Below are positions 13,576 through 28,046 of a DNA stretch of 64,000 nucleotides, one piece after another. The first letter of the stretch is position 1. The number at the start of each line of letters is the position of its first letter. A program made the translations under genes and the position numbers. This DNA comes from Octopus vulgaris. Its lineage: Eukaryota. The stretch lies in assembly GCA_951406725.2 (NCBI GenBank), contig OX597820.1:24056001-24120000 (forward strand). Direction: 5' to 3'. A model generated the notes under the pieces. It was not told where the DNA came from and ran no database searches. It saw nothing but the letters and a program-made list of their open reading frames with translations.

Positions 13576-13939
13576 TATTTGTGGTGGGAGGGCTGGGGGG
13601 GGGGGGCTAGGAATGTGGCTCGGCAGCCTGAAAATTTTGGGTATACAGTGTATATCAAAGATAGACAGGACAGTTGAATGAACTGTAACGTACCATACTG
13701 TCCCAGTGCTTCACATACAATAAACACCTGCATTTCGAAGTGTGATTAGTAAGGACTTTTGTTCTTAGGGATAACGATCGATATCTATAGGTATAAATAG
13801 ATATCTGGATCGGATCTTTATTATTACACGATCGATTATCATCGTGCCATAACATGACTACTCGTTGATAGCTGACCTAGGGCTAAACAATCCAGAATAC
13901 TACTAACTGAAAAAGACCCCAAAACAAAATAACAAAACA

Positions 13940-14089
13940 ATGATGATGACGAGGACCAAGTCGCCGATGACGATGACGATGATGATGATGATGATGATGA
14001 TGATGATAATGATGATGATGATGATGATGGTAATGATGATAGTAATGATGATGATGATGATGATGATGATGATGGTAATGATGATGGTA

Positions 14090-14121
<32 letters not shown>

Positions 14122-14233
14122 AATGATGATGATGATGATAATGATGATAATGATGATGATGATGATGATGATAATGATGATGATGATGATGATGATGATA
14201 ATGATGATGATGATGATGATGATGATGATGGTA

Positions 14234-14273
<40 letters not shown>

Positions 14274-14970
14274 CGATGATGATGATGATGATGATGGTAA
14301 TGATGATGGAATGATGATGATGATGATGACGATGATGTTGATGATGATAAGAAAAGCTGAGTAGATAGAAACTGCGCCGACATGTGTGTTAAAATACATG
14401 AGTTTTATCTCTCCATTACAGTTTATGTCCTAAAGCCAACAACATTCACAAGAAGAATTCAAAAGAAAGAAAAGAAAAAAAGAAGAAAAATAGAAGAGGG
14501 CCGAGGAGAAGAAGAAAAGAACGGCGACGATGATGATGATGATGGAGTGGTAATAGCGTGATGGTGATAGTGATGATGTTCTTGATGATGATGGTGATGA
14601 GGATAAAGACGATAATGATAATGATAATGATGATGGTGGTGGTGATAATGATGATGGTGGTGGTGGTGGTGGTAATAATGATGATGATGGTGATGATGAT
14701 AAAGATGATAATGATGGTGGTGGTGGTGGCGGTGGTGATGATAATGATTATAATGATGAAGATGATGATAATGGCAATAATGATGATGATGATGGTGATG
14801 ATGATGGCGATGGTGATGATAATGATTATGATGATGAAGAAGATGATAATGGTAATAATGATGATGATGGTGATGATGATAAAAATGATAATGGTGGCGG
14901 TGGTGATGATAATGATTATGATGATGATGAAGATGATAATGGTAATAATGATGATGATGGTGATGATGAA
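13940..14970. repeat. Two long (GAT/GGT/AAT)n microsatellite tracts
   Basis: Directly visible; source of the poly-His/Ser/Met/Ile ORFs. Confidence 0.97.
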
Positions 14971-15341
14971 AGCAAAAAGAGCCAAACCCCCCCCCCCCAA
15001 AGATAAGTAAAAGAATAAAGAGGATAAGGAAGAGGAAACGGTGAAGGAAAATCTGACAGAAGCGAATAAGAAAAAGAAACCAATTCCCCCTCCCCCACCC
15101 CAGAAGTTTGAATTGTAATTCTATCTTAGAATGCAAATGATTCCAATAGCCGGAGGCTACTCAGTAGGGATGCCAACTAGTTAAAAATTTATTCAAAATT
15201 GAAAGTTAGAAAGGTTCAAGAGCACTCCCCTTCCACTCATGCGCATGCATATATCTCAGTTTACACGCATGCATGTCTATATAAATGTGTGAGAGTATGT
15301 GCGTGTGGTGTGTGCCTGTATGTGTGTGTGTATATGTTTGC

Positions 15342-15342
<1 letters not shown>

Positions 15343-15421
<79 letters not shown>

Positions 15422-15468
15422 GTCTGTCTGTCTGTCTGTCTACCTATCTGTCTACCTATCTGTCTACC

Positions 15469-15560
<92 letters not shown>

Positions 15561-15567
15561 CTGCTAG

Positions 15568-15599
<32 letters not shown>

Positions 15600-15636
15600 G
15601 TATGCCTTCAGTATATATAAATATATACATACATAC

Positions 15637-15677
<41 letters not shown>

Positions 15678-15682
15678 CATAC

Positions 15683-15722
<40 letters not shown>

Positions 15723-15724
15723 TT

Positions 15725-15760
<36 letters not shown>

Positions 15761-15778
15761 AGAGAGAGAGAGAGAGAA
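15343..15778. repeat. Compound (TCTA)n/(TCTG)n/(TA)n/(TG)n/(GA)n microsatellite
   Basis: Directly visible. Confidence 0.97.
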
Positions 15779-17214
15779 AAGTCAGTAGAGATAGAGAGAG
15801 ATAGCCTATCAAAAGCTTGTGCTTGTGAAGGTGTTTGGCACACACACACACACACACATATACGTATCCATACATATGTATATGAACTACACATAGATAC
15901 ACACATACACACATACATACATGCATACATGATATATACATATAAACACCCCCGCACGCACACATACATTCATACAAACGTACATAATACATACTAGTAT
16001 AATATTTGGTGTTGTCCAACTAAAAGTACTTGTGTATCGCCCAGAACTGTCCTAAACGAAGGTATATTCGATTTAATAAAAGATTATTATTGATCGTCAC
16101 TTGAAAAATGGTGTCTTCCTGAGACGAAACGAAACTACGTTTACAGCTGTACAATATTTAATGCGCTGTGCTACAGGAGACCGAGAATCAATATTAGTAA
16201 TATATTTTGTAATGCAATTATGTAATTAACATATCATTTGAATTTACCATTAAACTTTATATTTTATTGGTTTTATTTTGGAATTTTTAACGTCTTTAAA
16301 ATAATTTTTAAAATGAGTAGAAATTGGAATTTCAGTGGTTAAATCACCCATGAAAATAAAACCGTTTTTATAACGTGTGAAGCAGAAGAGCTTGGAAGAA
16401 ATTAATACTTCCAAACATTGCAGCTGGCCAGAAGCAATGCATGCATTTAAAAAATGATATGGAGAGTTGCAATGAACCCTTAAGTAGTAGATCTTCGTGT
16501 TTTAAGTTCAAATCCCGCCGAAGTCAACTTGGCCATTTATCCTTTAGGGAGCGTTGTAAAATATTCCAAGTGGCGGATTAGCAGTGCTGTAAAAACATCG
16601 GACCAGGTGCTTTGCTTGTGATATTTGTTCCAGATATTTGTATTCTGAGTTCAAATCTCGCCGAGCTCAACTTTCGGAGGTGGGCACAAAGGTTTCAAAT
16701 CCATTTTGGTGGATTGGCGGGACTGTGGGAACGTCGGACCAGATATCTTCTGGTATTTGTTTCGGATACTTGCCTTCTTAGTTAAAATTTTGTTTAGGTT
16801 GTAGACCTTAAACGTCGCCCGTTTTAACAACACCACCCAGTACCTTGGGTGCCTTTGGCAGAGCCCACTCTTCAGACCAGGTCAGCTCTTTCAGGACACT
16901 TTCCATTATCCCTTCCAACGTTAAGTTCCTGTAAAGAGTTATGGACGATGCTTTTCCTCCTGACTACAAAATTAAATAAAATAAAAAGGCATCGAAGGGG
17001 CGATGCATGCCCTGCACACAGATAATTTTTTTCGCAAATTATAGTGTGGCTTACAATTCGTTGCTTAACCCAAATTTTTTTCAAGTATCACCATAATAGG
17101 TATTTATACTCCGGTGAAATTAAGAAATCAACTCGTAAATAACCGAAACTCTTGACTCCATCACTGTACACACACACACCCATGCGCGCGCACAGACACG
17201 CGCACACACGCACG

Positions 17215-17280
<66 letters not shown>

Positions 17281-17634
17281 ATTCAATTCTTAGTCAGTCA
17301 TAGCTGAGAAAAATCTAAATTACACGACTGCATAAATTCTTTTAGATTAAATGAGCTCTAGGACTCATAAACCCGGAGCTTAATCTGGTTTACTTGGTGT
17401 ATAGTACATGATTGAGGTGACAACATTTTATACTGAATGAGACGCCTGTCTCTCGCAGGGTTAACTTCCCATCTATTGCTGGAACACGTTTACAGTTGAG
17501 TTGATAGGAACTACTTTAAATAAAGTATTTTTGTTCAAGAACACGTCGCGCTGCCTAATCCGAGAATTGAACCTACGATATTACAGTCACGAGGGCATTC
17601 ACCTCCATAGCCATATTATTGGAGAACCATTTTC

Positions 17635-18047
17635 TGTCTCTTTACTCTTTACTCTGTTACTTGTTTCAGTCATTTGACTGTAGCCATGCTGGAGCACCGC
17701 CTTTAGTCTAGCAAATCGACCCCAGGACTTATCGTTTGTAAGCCTAGTACTTATTCTATCGGTCTCTTTTGCCGAACCGCTGAGTTACGGGGACGTATAC
17801 AAACCAGCATCATGTTGGGGGACAAATACAGATGCACAAACATATACACACACACATACACACGCATATATATACATATATACGACGGGCTTCTTTCAGT
17901 TTCCGTCTACCAAATCCACTCACAAGGCTTTAGTCGGCCCGAGGCTATAGTAGAAGACACTTGCCCAAGGTGCCCCGCAGCGAGACTGAACCCGGAACCA
18001 TGTGGTTGGTAAGCAAGCTACTTACAACACAGCCACTCCTACGCCTA
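17635..18047 (-). mobile_element. SINE family B, full-length
   Basis: Same sequence as 8970-9407. Confidence 0.88.
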
Positions 18048-18059
18048 TGTCTAGCAATA

Positions 18060-18900
18060 AACTTGAAGGTTCTCAGGAATATACAATTTATGCAGGATAG
18101 TAAACACATTATTGCCCATTGATTGGCAGGAATTGCTATATTATAGAAATATCAGCAACAGTCACCAGTTGACATGGCTGATTGCAACATTTTGGGGCAC
18201 AAGTATTAATCTTTTGCATATCCATTTGCGTGTTAGGTAATGATGTTTCCTGTTAGAATCACCTCCAATATCAATTTGTCTGCTGTCTTAACCCTTGTGC
18301 TTACAGGAACTGCGTTCCTGATGACATTGCTTTCGGAAGAAAAACTCCTCTCTTGATCATGAAACAAATTTTTAACAAAAACTGACCAGATATCTGATCT
18401 TGACAGATGTACGTTAGTGTTTGTAGATTATTAGAAGAGTTTAAGTTTAGTCTAGAGTGTCGTCGTTTTAAGGAAAGCACCGATATAATTGGCTTTGGCA
18501 CTTTTTGAAATGGTTGACTGGGTATTAGGAAAGTAACTTGACATCACAGCTATTTATTTCGTTTAATCTCAATTGTCACCGAAGCCCTGCACTGTTTTGC
18601 CCAGATCTTCTTAAGTTCTCTTGCGCGCTCAGGTCTTCTATATCTCTCTTGTGTGCCACTAACTCTAGACAATAATCTGGCATATCCCAAGAACTGTTTG
18701 ATTCCCGATATTCTTCGCAATGTTGCATAACAAGTGCATCATCTGCGCCTAAGTGAAAGAGTAACATAACAGAATACAAATCTCTCTGGTCTGTCGTGAG
18801 CCTAGATTCATTGTCAAGGATACAGTCTGTTAATGTGTCAACTCAACGCTCTTCTCTTTTAAATTTCTGTTGAAGATATATTGATTTCAGAGCAGTTTAG
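18060..18900 (-). mobile_element. Possible highly decayed APE-type LINE (RTE-like) relic
   Basis: Only scattered minus-strand peptide remnants reminiscent of the APE C-terminus and early RT; no continuous frame. Confidence 0.3.
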
Positions 18901-20354
18901 ACAGTTTATATATTTGAAATATATTAGACAGGTCATATATTTGAAATGTTTGTGAGTTATTTTCCCTTGTTGCAGCCTCGTGAAATCTCTCAAGAGACAT
19001 TTCTTAAGTATTTGAAGAAAGCTTTTCAAAATCTTTTGCTATATTAGACAGTTTTTAAGACAATACTAAAAACTATTCACGCTTTTATAATCTTTTGATA
19101 TTGTTTTTTGTTCTCTTAAAAAGCAAAGCAAATTAATTTTGCCTGAAGTATTCCAAGAATGTAATTCTAACTGTGGGAATTTGATTTTTGCCACTTGATT
19201 GGTTTCCGAAATATATACGCATCTAATTGATGAACGAGAGAGATACCAATATCAAGGTTGATTAAACCATTTTAAGATGACTTAATTTATAACATTGATT
19301 ACATTTTATTTTCCACTCGACTTTGCGTACGTGAATGCGTGGTCAAATTTATCCTGTTGTTGCTGATATAGTTGTTGTTGTTGCCATTGTTTTTATTGTT
19401 GTTATAATTGTTGTTGTTACTGCTCCTGCTGTTGCTGTTGATGCTATTGTTTCTGTTGTTTGGCTCTAGGTCAGCGTTGTTCGAATTTACATAAGATTGA
19501 TCAAAAGTATTCCGGCCGTAATCAGACATATTTAAGACTACATTATCCAATGCGTTGTTACTTCTAGCAGGCTGATCGACCACGTAGAGGCATCCGCATT
19601 GAATCAGTCAACTTTGAGTTTTACTAAAAGACCTGAGTTAACCAATCACAAATTAACTCACTCTCTCGAGAAATATATTTTGTAAATAAAACAAGGAAAC
19701 CGTGTTACTACGTTGTAGATGTATTTAGAAAAAATGTTTTGACACTTTACAATACATGATATTTTATACTAAAAGTGGCGAATGTTACGTTATATGTGTA
19801 TTTTAATTGGCTTTCAGGATGTATTATTCCACGATGTATTAGTAATTATGTTAGTTTTAATTAGCAGATCTAACATAATTGGATGTGCTCTTTATAACGC
19901 CTAAGATATCTTGTGTAGACGGCAAATGCTTAAGAGCACTGATAATATCGGTTGAAGATATTTCGTCAGCACCGGCGGATGACACTCTTATATCACGCGA
20001 TTTCCCCGTATTACAGATCGTCATTAACAATTAGCCAAACACCGAATGCCAGACCCAAAAACTCAGCCAAACCGATGTAATTTAGTACCGGTTAAACAGC
20101 CAGTGATGTCGCGAATAACTTGTGGGATGTGTATGAATTAGCTGTTTGCAACAGATGCAGCTTTTGTAATGAAAACGTTTAATTTAACTTCTGACATAGA
20201 TATCAAAGATGTAATGAACAAAATTTTATGTCACAGAATATGTTGTTTGCGTGAAGCTATTTCAAAATATGTATATATACGTTTGCGTATTTGTTTTACA
20301 AGATTCTTGATGTGAAATCACGTGTTGAAACGGTTATTGTGAGATATACATACA

Positions 20355-20409
<55 letters not shown>

Positions 20410-20497
20410 AGATATTGAGATTCAGTTGAATTAGGTACTTAAGTTGAAGCACCAAGTCAGTCCAGTATTATTCGCACAGCTCGAAGTAAGGTGAATG

Positions 20498-20635
20498 AAA
20501 TCAAAATAAGCAACAGGATATCAAGTAGTGATGCAGTACGACCGTTTCAAGCGACTCCATTTAATTGAACAATGCAATCATTGCAGTGCAGTCATACTGC
20601 ACCACTACTTGATATCCTGTTGCTTATTTTGATTT
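20498..20635. repeat. Fold-back inverted repeat between (TA)n tracts containing the 3' half of an HHR
   Basis: Arms 20498-20542 and 20591-20635; minus strand has GAAACGGTCGTA|CTGC, with no CUGANGA half. Confidence 0.8.
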
Positions 20636-20814
20636 TATATATATATATATCTATATATATGGACTAATGGGTTCGACAAGTGTGTTGAAGTGTTCGGTAG
20701 AGCACTGGCACAGTTTGGGCTATCTGGTGTCATCCGCAGCCGGAGTATATTACCGTTGAATCGACTTCAGGATCTCTGCAGTGTTAGTTGAGATAGTAAT
20801 AATAATAGTTCATT

Positions 20815-20887
20815 AGTAACCAGAAGATGGATTTGGTATTAATCTTTATTTTGTAACGATTAATACCAAACCCATCTTCTGGTTACT
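20815..20887. repeat. Hairpin with 30-bp arms and 13-nt loop abutting (TA)n
   Basis: AGTAACCAGAAGATGGATTTGGTATTAATC / GATTAATACCAAACCCATCTTCTGGTTACT, one mismatch. Confidence 0.9.
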
Positions 20888-20890
20888 TAA

Positions 20891-21007
<117 letters not shown>

Positions 21008-21087
21008 TATACATACGTACATACAAATATATAAACAGACCCTGTGTTTGTGGACAAAATGACCATCCTCAAATATGTGTGAGTGTG

Positions 21088-21225
<138 letters not shown>

Positions 21226-21704
21226 ACTTTGAATAGAATGCCTCGTGGTATACCAACTCTGTGCAATCTTGAATTCAAATCTCGTTGCGGTATCAACTTT
21301 GTCTTTCAACCTTTCGGGACCGATAAAAATGTACCAAATTACCAATCTAGCGCTTTTTAATTAGCGGAATTCTTAGAGGATCGGACGGGATGATTTATAC
21401 ATTTTTGAGTTCAAATGCAACCTCATCACCAATAAATGATGACACTAGCAGCTTGAGTTGCAACAGAAAGATAGTATCAACAATATGAAAAACCAATGGG
21501 AACATATTATCCTTGGTTAAATCGGAAGATCGCCTGACGCCATCATCTACGTTTAATCTTTTACTAGTCTAATGCTGTACCACACATCAGTCTGTTCACG
21601 TCCTCCATGTCTGTTTCTGGGAGGCAAAGGTTTTGTTTGGTTTCTCTGGGACAGTTTTGTATAGCAAGCTATATATTTCTTATAAGAAAATCTAACGTCT
21701 AGAT

Positions 21705-21940
21705 CAGTGGTTCTCAACGAGGGCCCAAACCACTGTTGAGGGTTCATTCGGCCATTGAGAGTCCATACGGCCGTTGGAAGACCATGTGGCCGTTGGGGAT
21801 CATGCGGCTTTTGGGGTTCCATATAAGATTTAGATGTTAAAAATTATATGCATTAAATTGGTCATCCTTCGACAATACACAAAATAATTTTACAATTTTT
21901 TTTTTATACAATTCCTAATGATATTCAAGTACAAAAATAT
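21705..21940 (+). mobile_element. Probable hAT-type MITE left end
   Basis: Begins CAGTGGTTCTCAAC, a Charlie/Buster-type TIR; partner TIR not found. Confidence 0.45.
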
Positions 21941-21949
21941 ACTCTCTTT

Positions 21950-22183
21950 TTTTTATTGCTTTACTTGTTTCAGTCATTTGACTGTGGCCATGCTGGAGCA
22001 CCACCCTTAGTCGAGCAAATAGACCCCAAGACTTATTCTTTGTAAGCCTAGTACTTATTCTATCGGTCTCTTTTGCCGAACCTCTAGGTTACGGGGAAGT
22101 AAACACACCAGCATCGGTTGTCAAGCGATGTTGGGGGGGGGGGGACAAACACAGACACACAAACATATGTACAAATACACGCA

Positions 22184-22230
<47 letters not shown>

Positions 22231-22330
22231 CAGGCTTCTATCAGTTTCCGTCTACCAAATCCACTCACAAGGCTTTGGTCGGCCCGAGGCTATAGTAGAA
22301 GACAATTGGCCAAGGTGCCACGCAGTGGTT
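21950..22330 (-). mobile_element. SINE family B, 5'-truncated
   Basis: Family B body and tail. Confidence 0.85.
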
Positions 22331-22620
22331 GGTATTTTCATCTGAATGACTATAATCAAGCAAAGATCAACCAACTTTGCGAGAGAGAGAGAGGGGATAA
22401 TCGAGAGGAATTGACTGGTATTTTATTTATCGACTTCAGAAAGATGAAGGACAAAATTTGCGCCGGCGTGAATTGAGCTCAGAATGCAAAGAACCATAAA
22501 AATACCACAAACCATTTACTCGACGCTTTCACGATTACGCCTATAGATGGTCTTTACAAATACATACACAAACCTGCACGCATAGATTGTTAGATAGATA
22601 AATAGAGATAGACAGATAGG

Positions 22621-22737
<117 letters not shown>

Positions 22738-22912
22738 GTAGATAAGTAGAGCAAGTGAGGGAGTGAAGGAGAGACAGATCGGAGGAAAATATTGAAATTG
22801 TTTGCATATTGTAACGCCAGTGTGTCGAATAATGTACACACACACACACACACACATACATAGGGAAAGAAAGAAAGAGTATAGCAGTAAGACTAAAACT
22901 AGGCAACGTATA

Positions 22913-22965
<53 letters not shown>

Positions 22966-23399
22966 GCTTTGTGTATATCGATCTAAAAGACGGAAAAGTG
23001 GACATCGCCCCGCGTCCAATATGTAGATTAATCAAGCTCCGCAGAGGGAACTCTCTTTAAGTGACATTAAATAATAGAATATGGAAGAAGTCAAAAGGAA
23101 AATAGTTTTAACCCAATCAGCTGATCTAACAACATTAGAAATAAAGGAAATTGGAAGTTACTCAATTCAGTATTGTTACATTCTGTCTATGCATTTCTGA
23201 ATCATTACTCACCAGCGCACAAAACATTGTGAAGGTATATGGCAGTATTAATAATGACAACAGAGAAATCATTGTGCATATTAGACACACTCAACCTGAT
23301 TGAAAAAACACAACAGAATTTCTCGATTTAGCTTGATGCCTGGAGGGAATGATGTCCCAGTAGACAGGTTTCGCCTATCACAGCTTACCATCAATCACA

Positions 23400-23700
23400 C
23401 AGTAGACAAATTAAGAAAAGTCTATTTTAAGTACCTTAAACAATTTCGGCCTTAAAATAACTATACCCACAACTTTTTAAATTTTACACTTCACTTGAGC
23501 ACAGGTATTCATGAGCCCTACAAGAAACCAAATGAAAATTCCTAATATTTTAATAAGGATTCGAATCACTCACATACACTTTTTAAAAACCTAGTCGAAA
23601 TTATAAGCGGAAAATTCTTTGACTTATCACCACATAAATCTATCTGCAACGTAACCTTCCCTCGTTATAATAAAGCTCTAGCGACAACTTACATAAAGAT
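23400..23700 (+). mobile_element. Penelope-like RT C-terminal/thumb relic
   Basis: Manual translation VDKLRKVYFKYLKQF/GLKITI../FLNFTLHLSTGIHEPYKKPNENS*YFNKDSNHSHTLFKNL..RYNKAL matches the PLE pattern GLKITI..NFLDVTL..Y.PY.KPN..Y....SNHP. Confidence 0.7.
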
Positions 23701-23914
23701 AGGATCTTGTGGCACCCACTTTTCAAATTAAGCATCAAATCTAAAGTGGCTAAATAGTTCTGAGATACCGTTGTTACGCACATACCGATCAGCAGCCGAC
23801 ACAAAAATAGAATGAATTCATTAAAAACATTTTAAAATTAAGTTGCGCATCAAATGCAAGCAGTAAAATCTAAAATATAACGCCAGACCTACAGAAAGCG
23901 CTGAAAGAAATATT

Positions 23915-24115
23915 GGCTTCAAATTTTGGCACAAGGGCAGGAATTTTTCGGGAGAGGGTGCTTGTCTATTACATCTAACCCAGTGTTCAACTGGTGCTTA
24001 ATTTGTCGAACCTCGAAAGGATGAAAGACAAAGTCGACCTCGGCGGAATTTGAACCAAGAAATGCTGCTAAGCATATTATCCGGCATGCTAACGATTCTG
24101 CCAGCTTGCCGCCTT
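23915..24115 (-). mobile_element. SINE family A
   Basis: Reverse complement of family A. Confidence 0.82.
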
Positions 24116-24319
24116 CACAGGGAAAGAGATATTAATGTCTTCTCGATCAACCGAGGGAAGAGTTTACGAAGCTAAGGTGACATCAAATGAAATGAATTTA
24201 GAAACTGAACAAAAAAGGCGGATGTTAAAACTTAAATACCGCTACTTCAGTCTTCCTTCAGCAATCTTAAGAAGAACGTCGCCCAATTGTTAATCAACAC
24301 CGGTTGTTCAGCGGTTGTG

Positions 24320-24408
<89 letters not shown>

Positions 24409-24410
<2 letters not shown>

Positions 24411-24976
24411 TGGGTTGTCCGGAAAGTTCGTGCCGATTTATAGCAGCTTACCTTTCGATTTATTTTAGAACATGGTTGAGTCCATAAAATAGGATTTGAC
24501 TACACCTCCATTTAGAGCACAGTTTAAGCTATCTTTTCCTGGAAGAAGGTTTATGTTCCTATAACCTGTGTTAATTCTGTAACCCTTTAAAATAGAAGAT
24601 AAGAAAGTTCATTTTCGGTACTTGATGCTTTGGGAACCAGACAAAAATTGCTGCAGCTCGGCTGGGAGGTGTTACCCCACCCTCCATATCCACTAGATAT
24701 TGCTCCTTCGGATTTTCCACTTATTCAGGCCTCTGCAGAATAGTCTTAATGGTAAAAATTTCAATTCCTTGGATGACGTAAAAAGATATCTTGATGAATT
24801 CTTTGCCATGAAATCACCTCAATTCTGGGAAGAGGGTATTTTCAAGTTAAAGGAAAGATGAAGACGCATTGTGCAACAAAATGGTTCATACATGGTTGAT
24901 TAAAAATGTAATGGTAAGTATTTATTGACCTTTTTCTTTCCTTGAAAAATCGACACGAACTTTCCGGACAACCCAA
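24409..24976 (+). mobile_element. Internally deleted mariner element
   Basis: 30-bp TIRs TTGGGTTGTCCGGAAAGTTCGTGCCGATTT / AAATCGACACGAACTTTCCGGACAACCCAA; interior LGWEVLPHPPYPLDIAPSDFHLFRPLQNSL..ER*RRIVQQNGSYMVD*. Confidence 0.93.
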
Positions 24977-25794
24977 TGTATGAATATGTATTTCTGGTGG
25001 TATGTCTTATAATGAATATTTATAAATCCTTCACTTAAAAGGGATAACGTATAAAGGATTCTCAGCTCAATCACTAAGTAAGGAGTAGGAGTACGATACG
25101 AAATGACGAGTGTTTCGTCAAATTACAGAACTGGAATTAAGGGTTCTCTACCTCATCTCTCATGGGACTGTACGTAGAAAGTCTGTATAACCTCACTGAT
25201 TTTATTCATTCTTTGATGTGTGGAAGTGGACAGGTGCTCTATGAGTGAAGTATCGTTTCAACACGTTTAGTAAAATAAAGCAGTCACGAAGAAAGAAAAA
25301 AAAAGAGAGGGAAGAAGACAAAAATGGAGGAGTGGAGGGGAGGGATCAAGGGAAGGAGAAGAAGAACGAAAAGAAAATTTAAGTGAAAAGGAGTTGATGT
25401 TAATGAAAAAAGAAGGAAAATAGAATAAGGAAAAGAAGATAAAAGAAGTAGAGGAAGAACACAGAAGGAGAAAATGAAGAAGGAAGAAGAAAAAGTAGAA
25501 AAAAGGATAAGATTATGAAGGAAAAAAAACATGAAAAGGTCAAAAGAAAAACTAGAAGTTGGACGGGTAAAAAAGAGGAAGGAGAAAAAGAAGAGAAGAA
25601 AGAACGAAGGAAAAAAGAAAGGAAATAGAGAGAGGGAGGAAGAAAGTGTACGAGCAAAAGAAGTGATGAATAAAAGTTGCCTTACATCTCTGATTTGTAC
25701 AAATGTTAGCAAAGGTCTCGTTTTCTTTAAAGTTCTCTCACAACTAATTGTAACATTTGTTTTATAAACCGACCGTTAGTAGATATTGGGTTTA

Positions 25795-25863
<69 letters not shown>

Positions 25864-26088
25864 TGTGCGTGCGTGTTTGCGTGTGCGCGCGCATGTGTTT
25901 GTGTGAGTCTGTGTGTATGCTATATGCGCACCCCTATATATGTGTATATATATGCGTATATATATATATATGTATATATGTATATATGTATACATATATA
26001 TATGTATATATATATATTTATACATATATATGCATATATATATATATATATATACATACTTACATATATATATATATATATACATACT

Positions 26089-26137
<49 letters not shown>

Positions 26138-26484
26138 ACATATACACAGAGCTACCGCCTCTCGTAACAGCCGAGAGCAGGCCATCGGATCGAAGAGGGT
26201 AGCAGTGATCCAGTTCACCGGAGAGATCGATCACCTCGGAGGAGATTGAACAACTATTAAAGTAAGTATACATAAAATGTCTATCAATATATTCTGCCAA
26301 ATACACACACACACACGCATACACACACGCGCGCACACACACGCGCGCACACACACACACAAGGAGAACAAGAACCAAAACAGCAAAATAACAAAACCTC
26401 GCAATTATAAACATCTGCGTATATATACATATTCTGACTGGCTATGTGTGAGTGCCTTTACATAAAATGGGAATCATGGGTATT

Positions 26485-26662
26485 CATTCACTTGTTTCAG
26501 TCATTTGACTGCGGCCATGCTGGAGCACCGTTTTTTTGTTGAGCACATCGACCACCGGACTTACTCTTTGTAAGCCTAATTCTATCGGTCTTTTTTTCCG
26601 ACCCGCTAACTTACAGGAACGTAAACGCACCAACATCGGTTGTAAAGCGATGGTGGGAAACA

Positions 26663-26737
<75 letters not shown>

Positions 26738-27042
26738 GTATATAAATATATATATATATATATTTATACACGACGGGCTTCTTTCAGTTTCTGTCTACCA
26801 AATCCACTCAGCAGGGTTTGGTCAGCCTTATCTTTTACCTATTTCAGTCATTAAACTGCGGCCATGCTGGGGCACCACCTTGAATTTTTAGTTGAATGAA
26901 TCGATCCCAATATTTATTTTTTTAATCCTGGTACTTATTTTATCGGTTTCTTTTGTCGAACCGCTAAGTTATGGGGACGTAAGCACACCAACACCGGTTG
27001 TCAAGTGGTGATGGAGAACAAACACAGACACACACATACAGG

Positions 27043-27087
<45 letters not shown>

Positions 27088-27290
27088 GCACACAAACAAA
27101 CAAACATATATATATATATATATATATGACGGGCGTCTTTCAATTTCGGTTTATCAAATCCACACAAAGGCTTTGGTCGGCCCGACGCTATAGTAGAAGA
27201 CACTTACCCAAGGTGCCATGAAGTGGGACTGAACCCAGAACCGTGTGGTTGGTAAGCAAGCTACTTACCACACAGCCACTCCTGCGCCTC
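26485..27290 (-). mobile_element. Two tandem SINE family B copies
   Basis: Family B tail and body twice; head at about 27290. Confidence 0.85.
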
Positions 27291-27402
27291 TATATATCTG
27301 TTCATAAAACTTCTCTCTCTGTCTTTTCCTTTCTTCTAATCTCTCCTTCACATACACGCCCGGACGCGCGCACACAGACACACACACACAGACACACACA
27401 CA

Positions 27403-27440
<38 letters not shown>

Positions 27441-27788
27441 CACACAGAAAAAATGGTTACGCATAAGCCTGCTTGCTTATATGCGTTGTTAATCACGCAA
27501 GCGTATGAACGTTATATACCGAGAGCCATACAGAATCTTAGCGGTAAAAGCAGTAACGACCATATTCGAGACAAGTACACACGCACGTACATACCTCATC
27601 ATGAACACACGTTCACTAACACACACATATGTAGGCATATATATATATATGTATATATTACACACATACAGAGTTATACATAAGCACACAGTCACACCTA
27701 TATATGTAATATATATGTATATATATATATATGTATAATATATATGTATATATATATATGTATAATATATATGTATCTATCTATCTAG

Positions 27789-27968
<180 letters not shown>

Positions 27969-27974
27969 GTGTAG

Positions 27975-28005
<31 letters not shown>

Positions 28006-28014
28006 CATATATAC

Positions 28015-28046
<32 letters not shown>

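Noticed and set aside
18316-18345. CTGATGA..GAAA matches here and similar ones near 16870, 19963 and 25100
   Set aside because: Stems do not pair, so they are chance core matches.
26150-26261. Coding exon between CAG and GTAAGT
   Set aside because: Stops in all three frames and no polypyrimidine tract.
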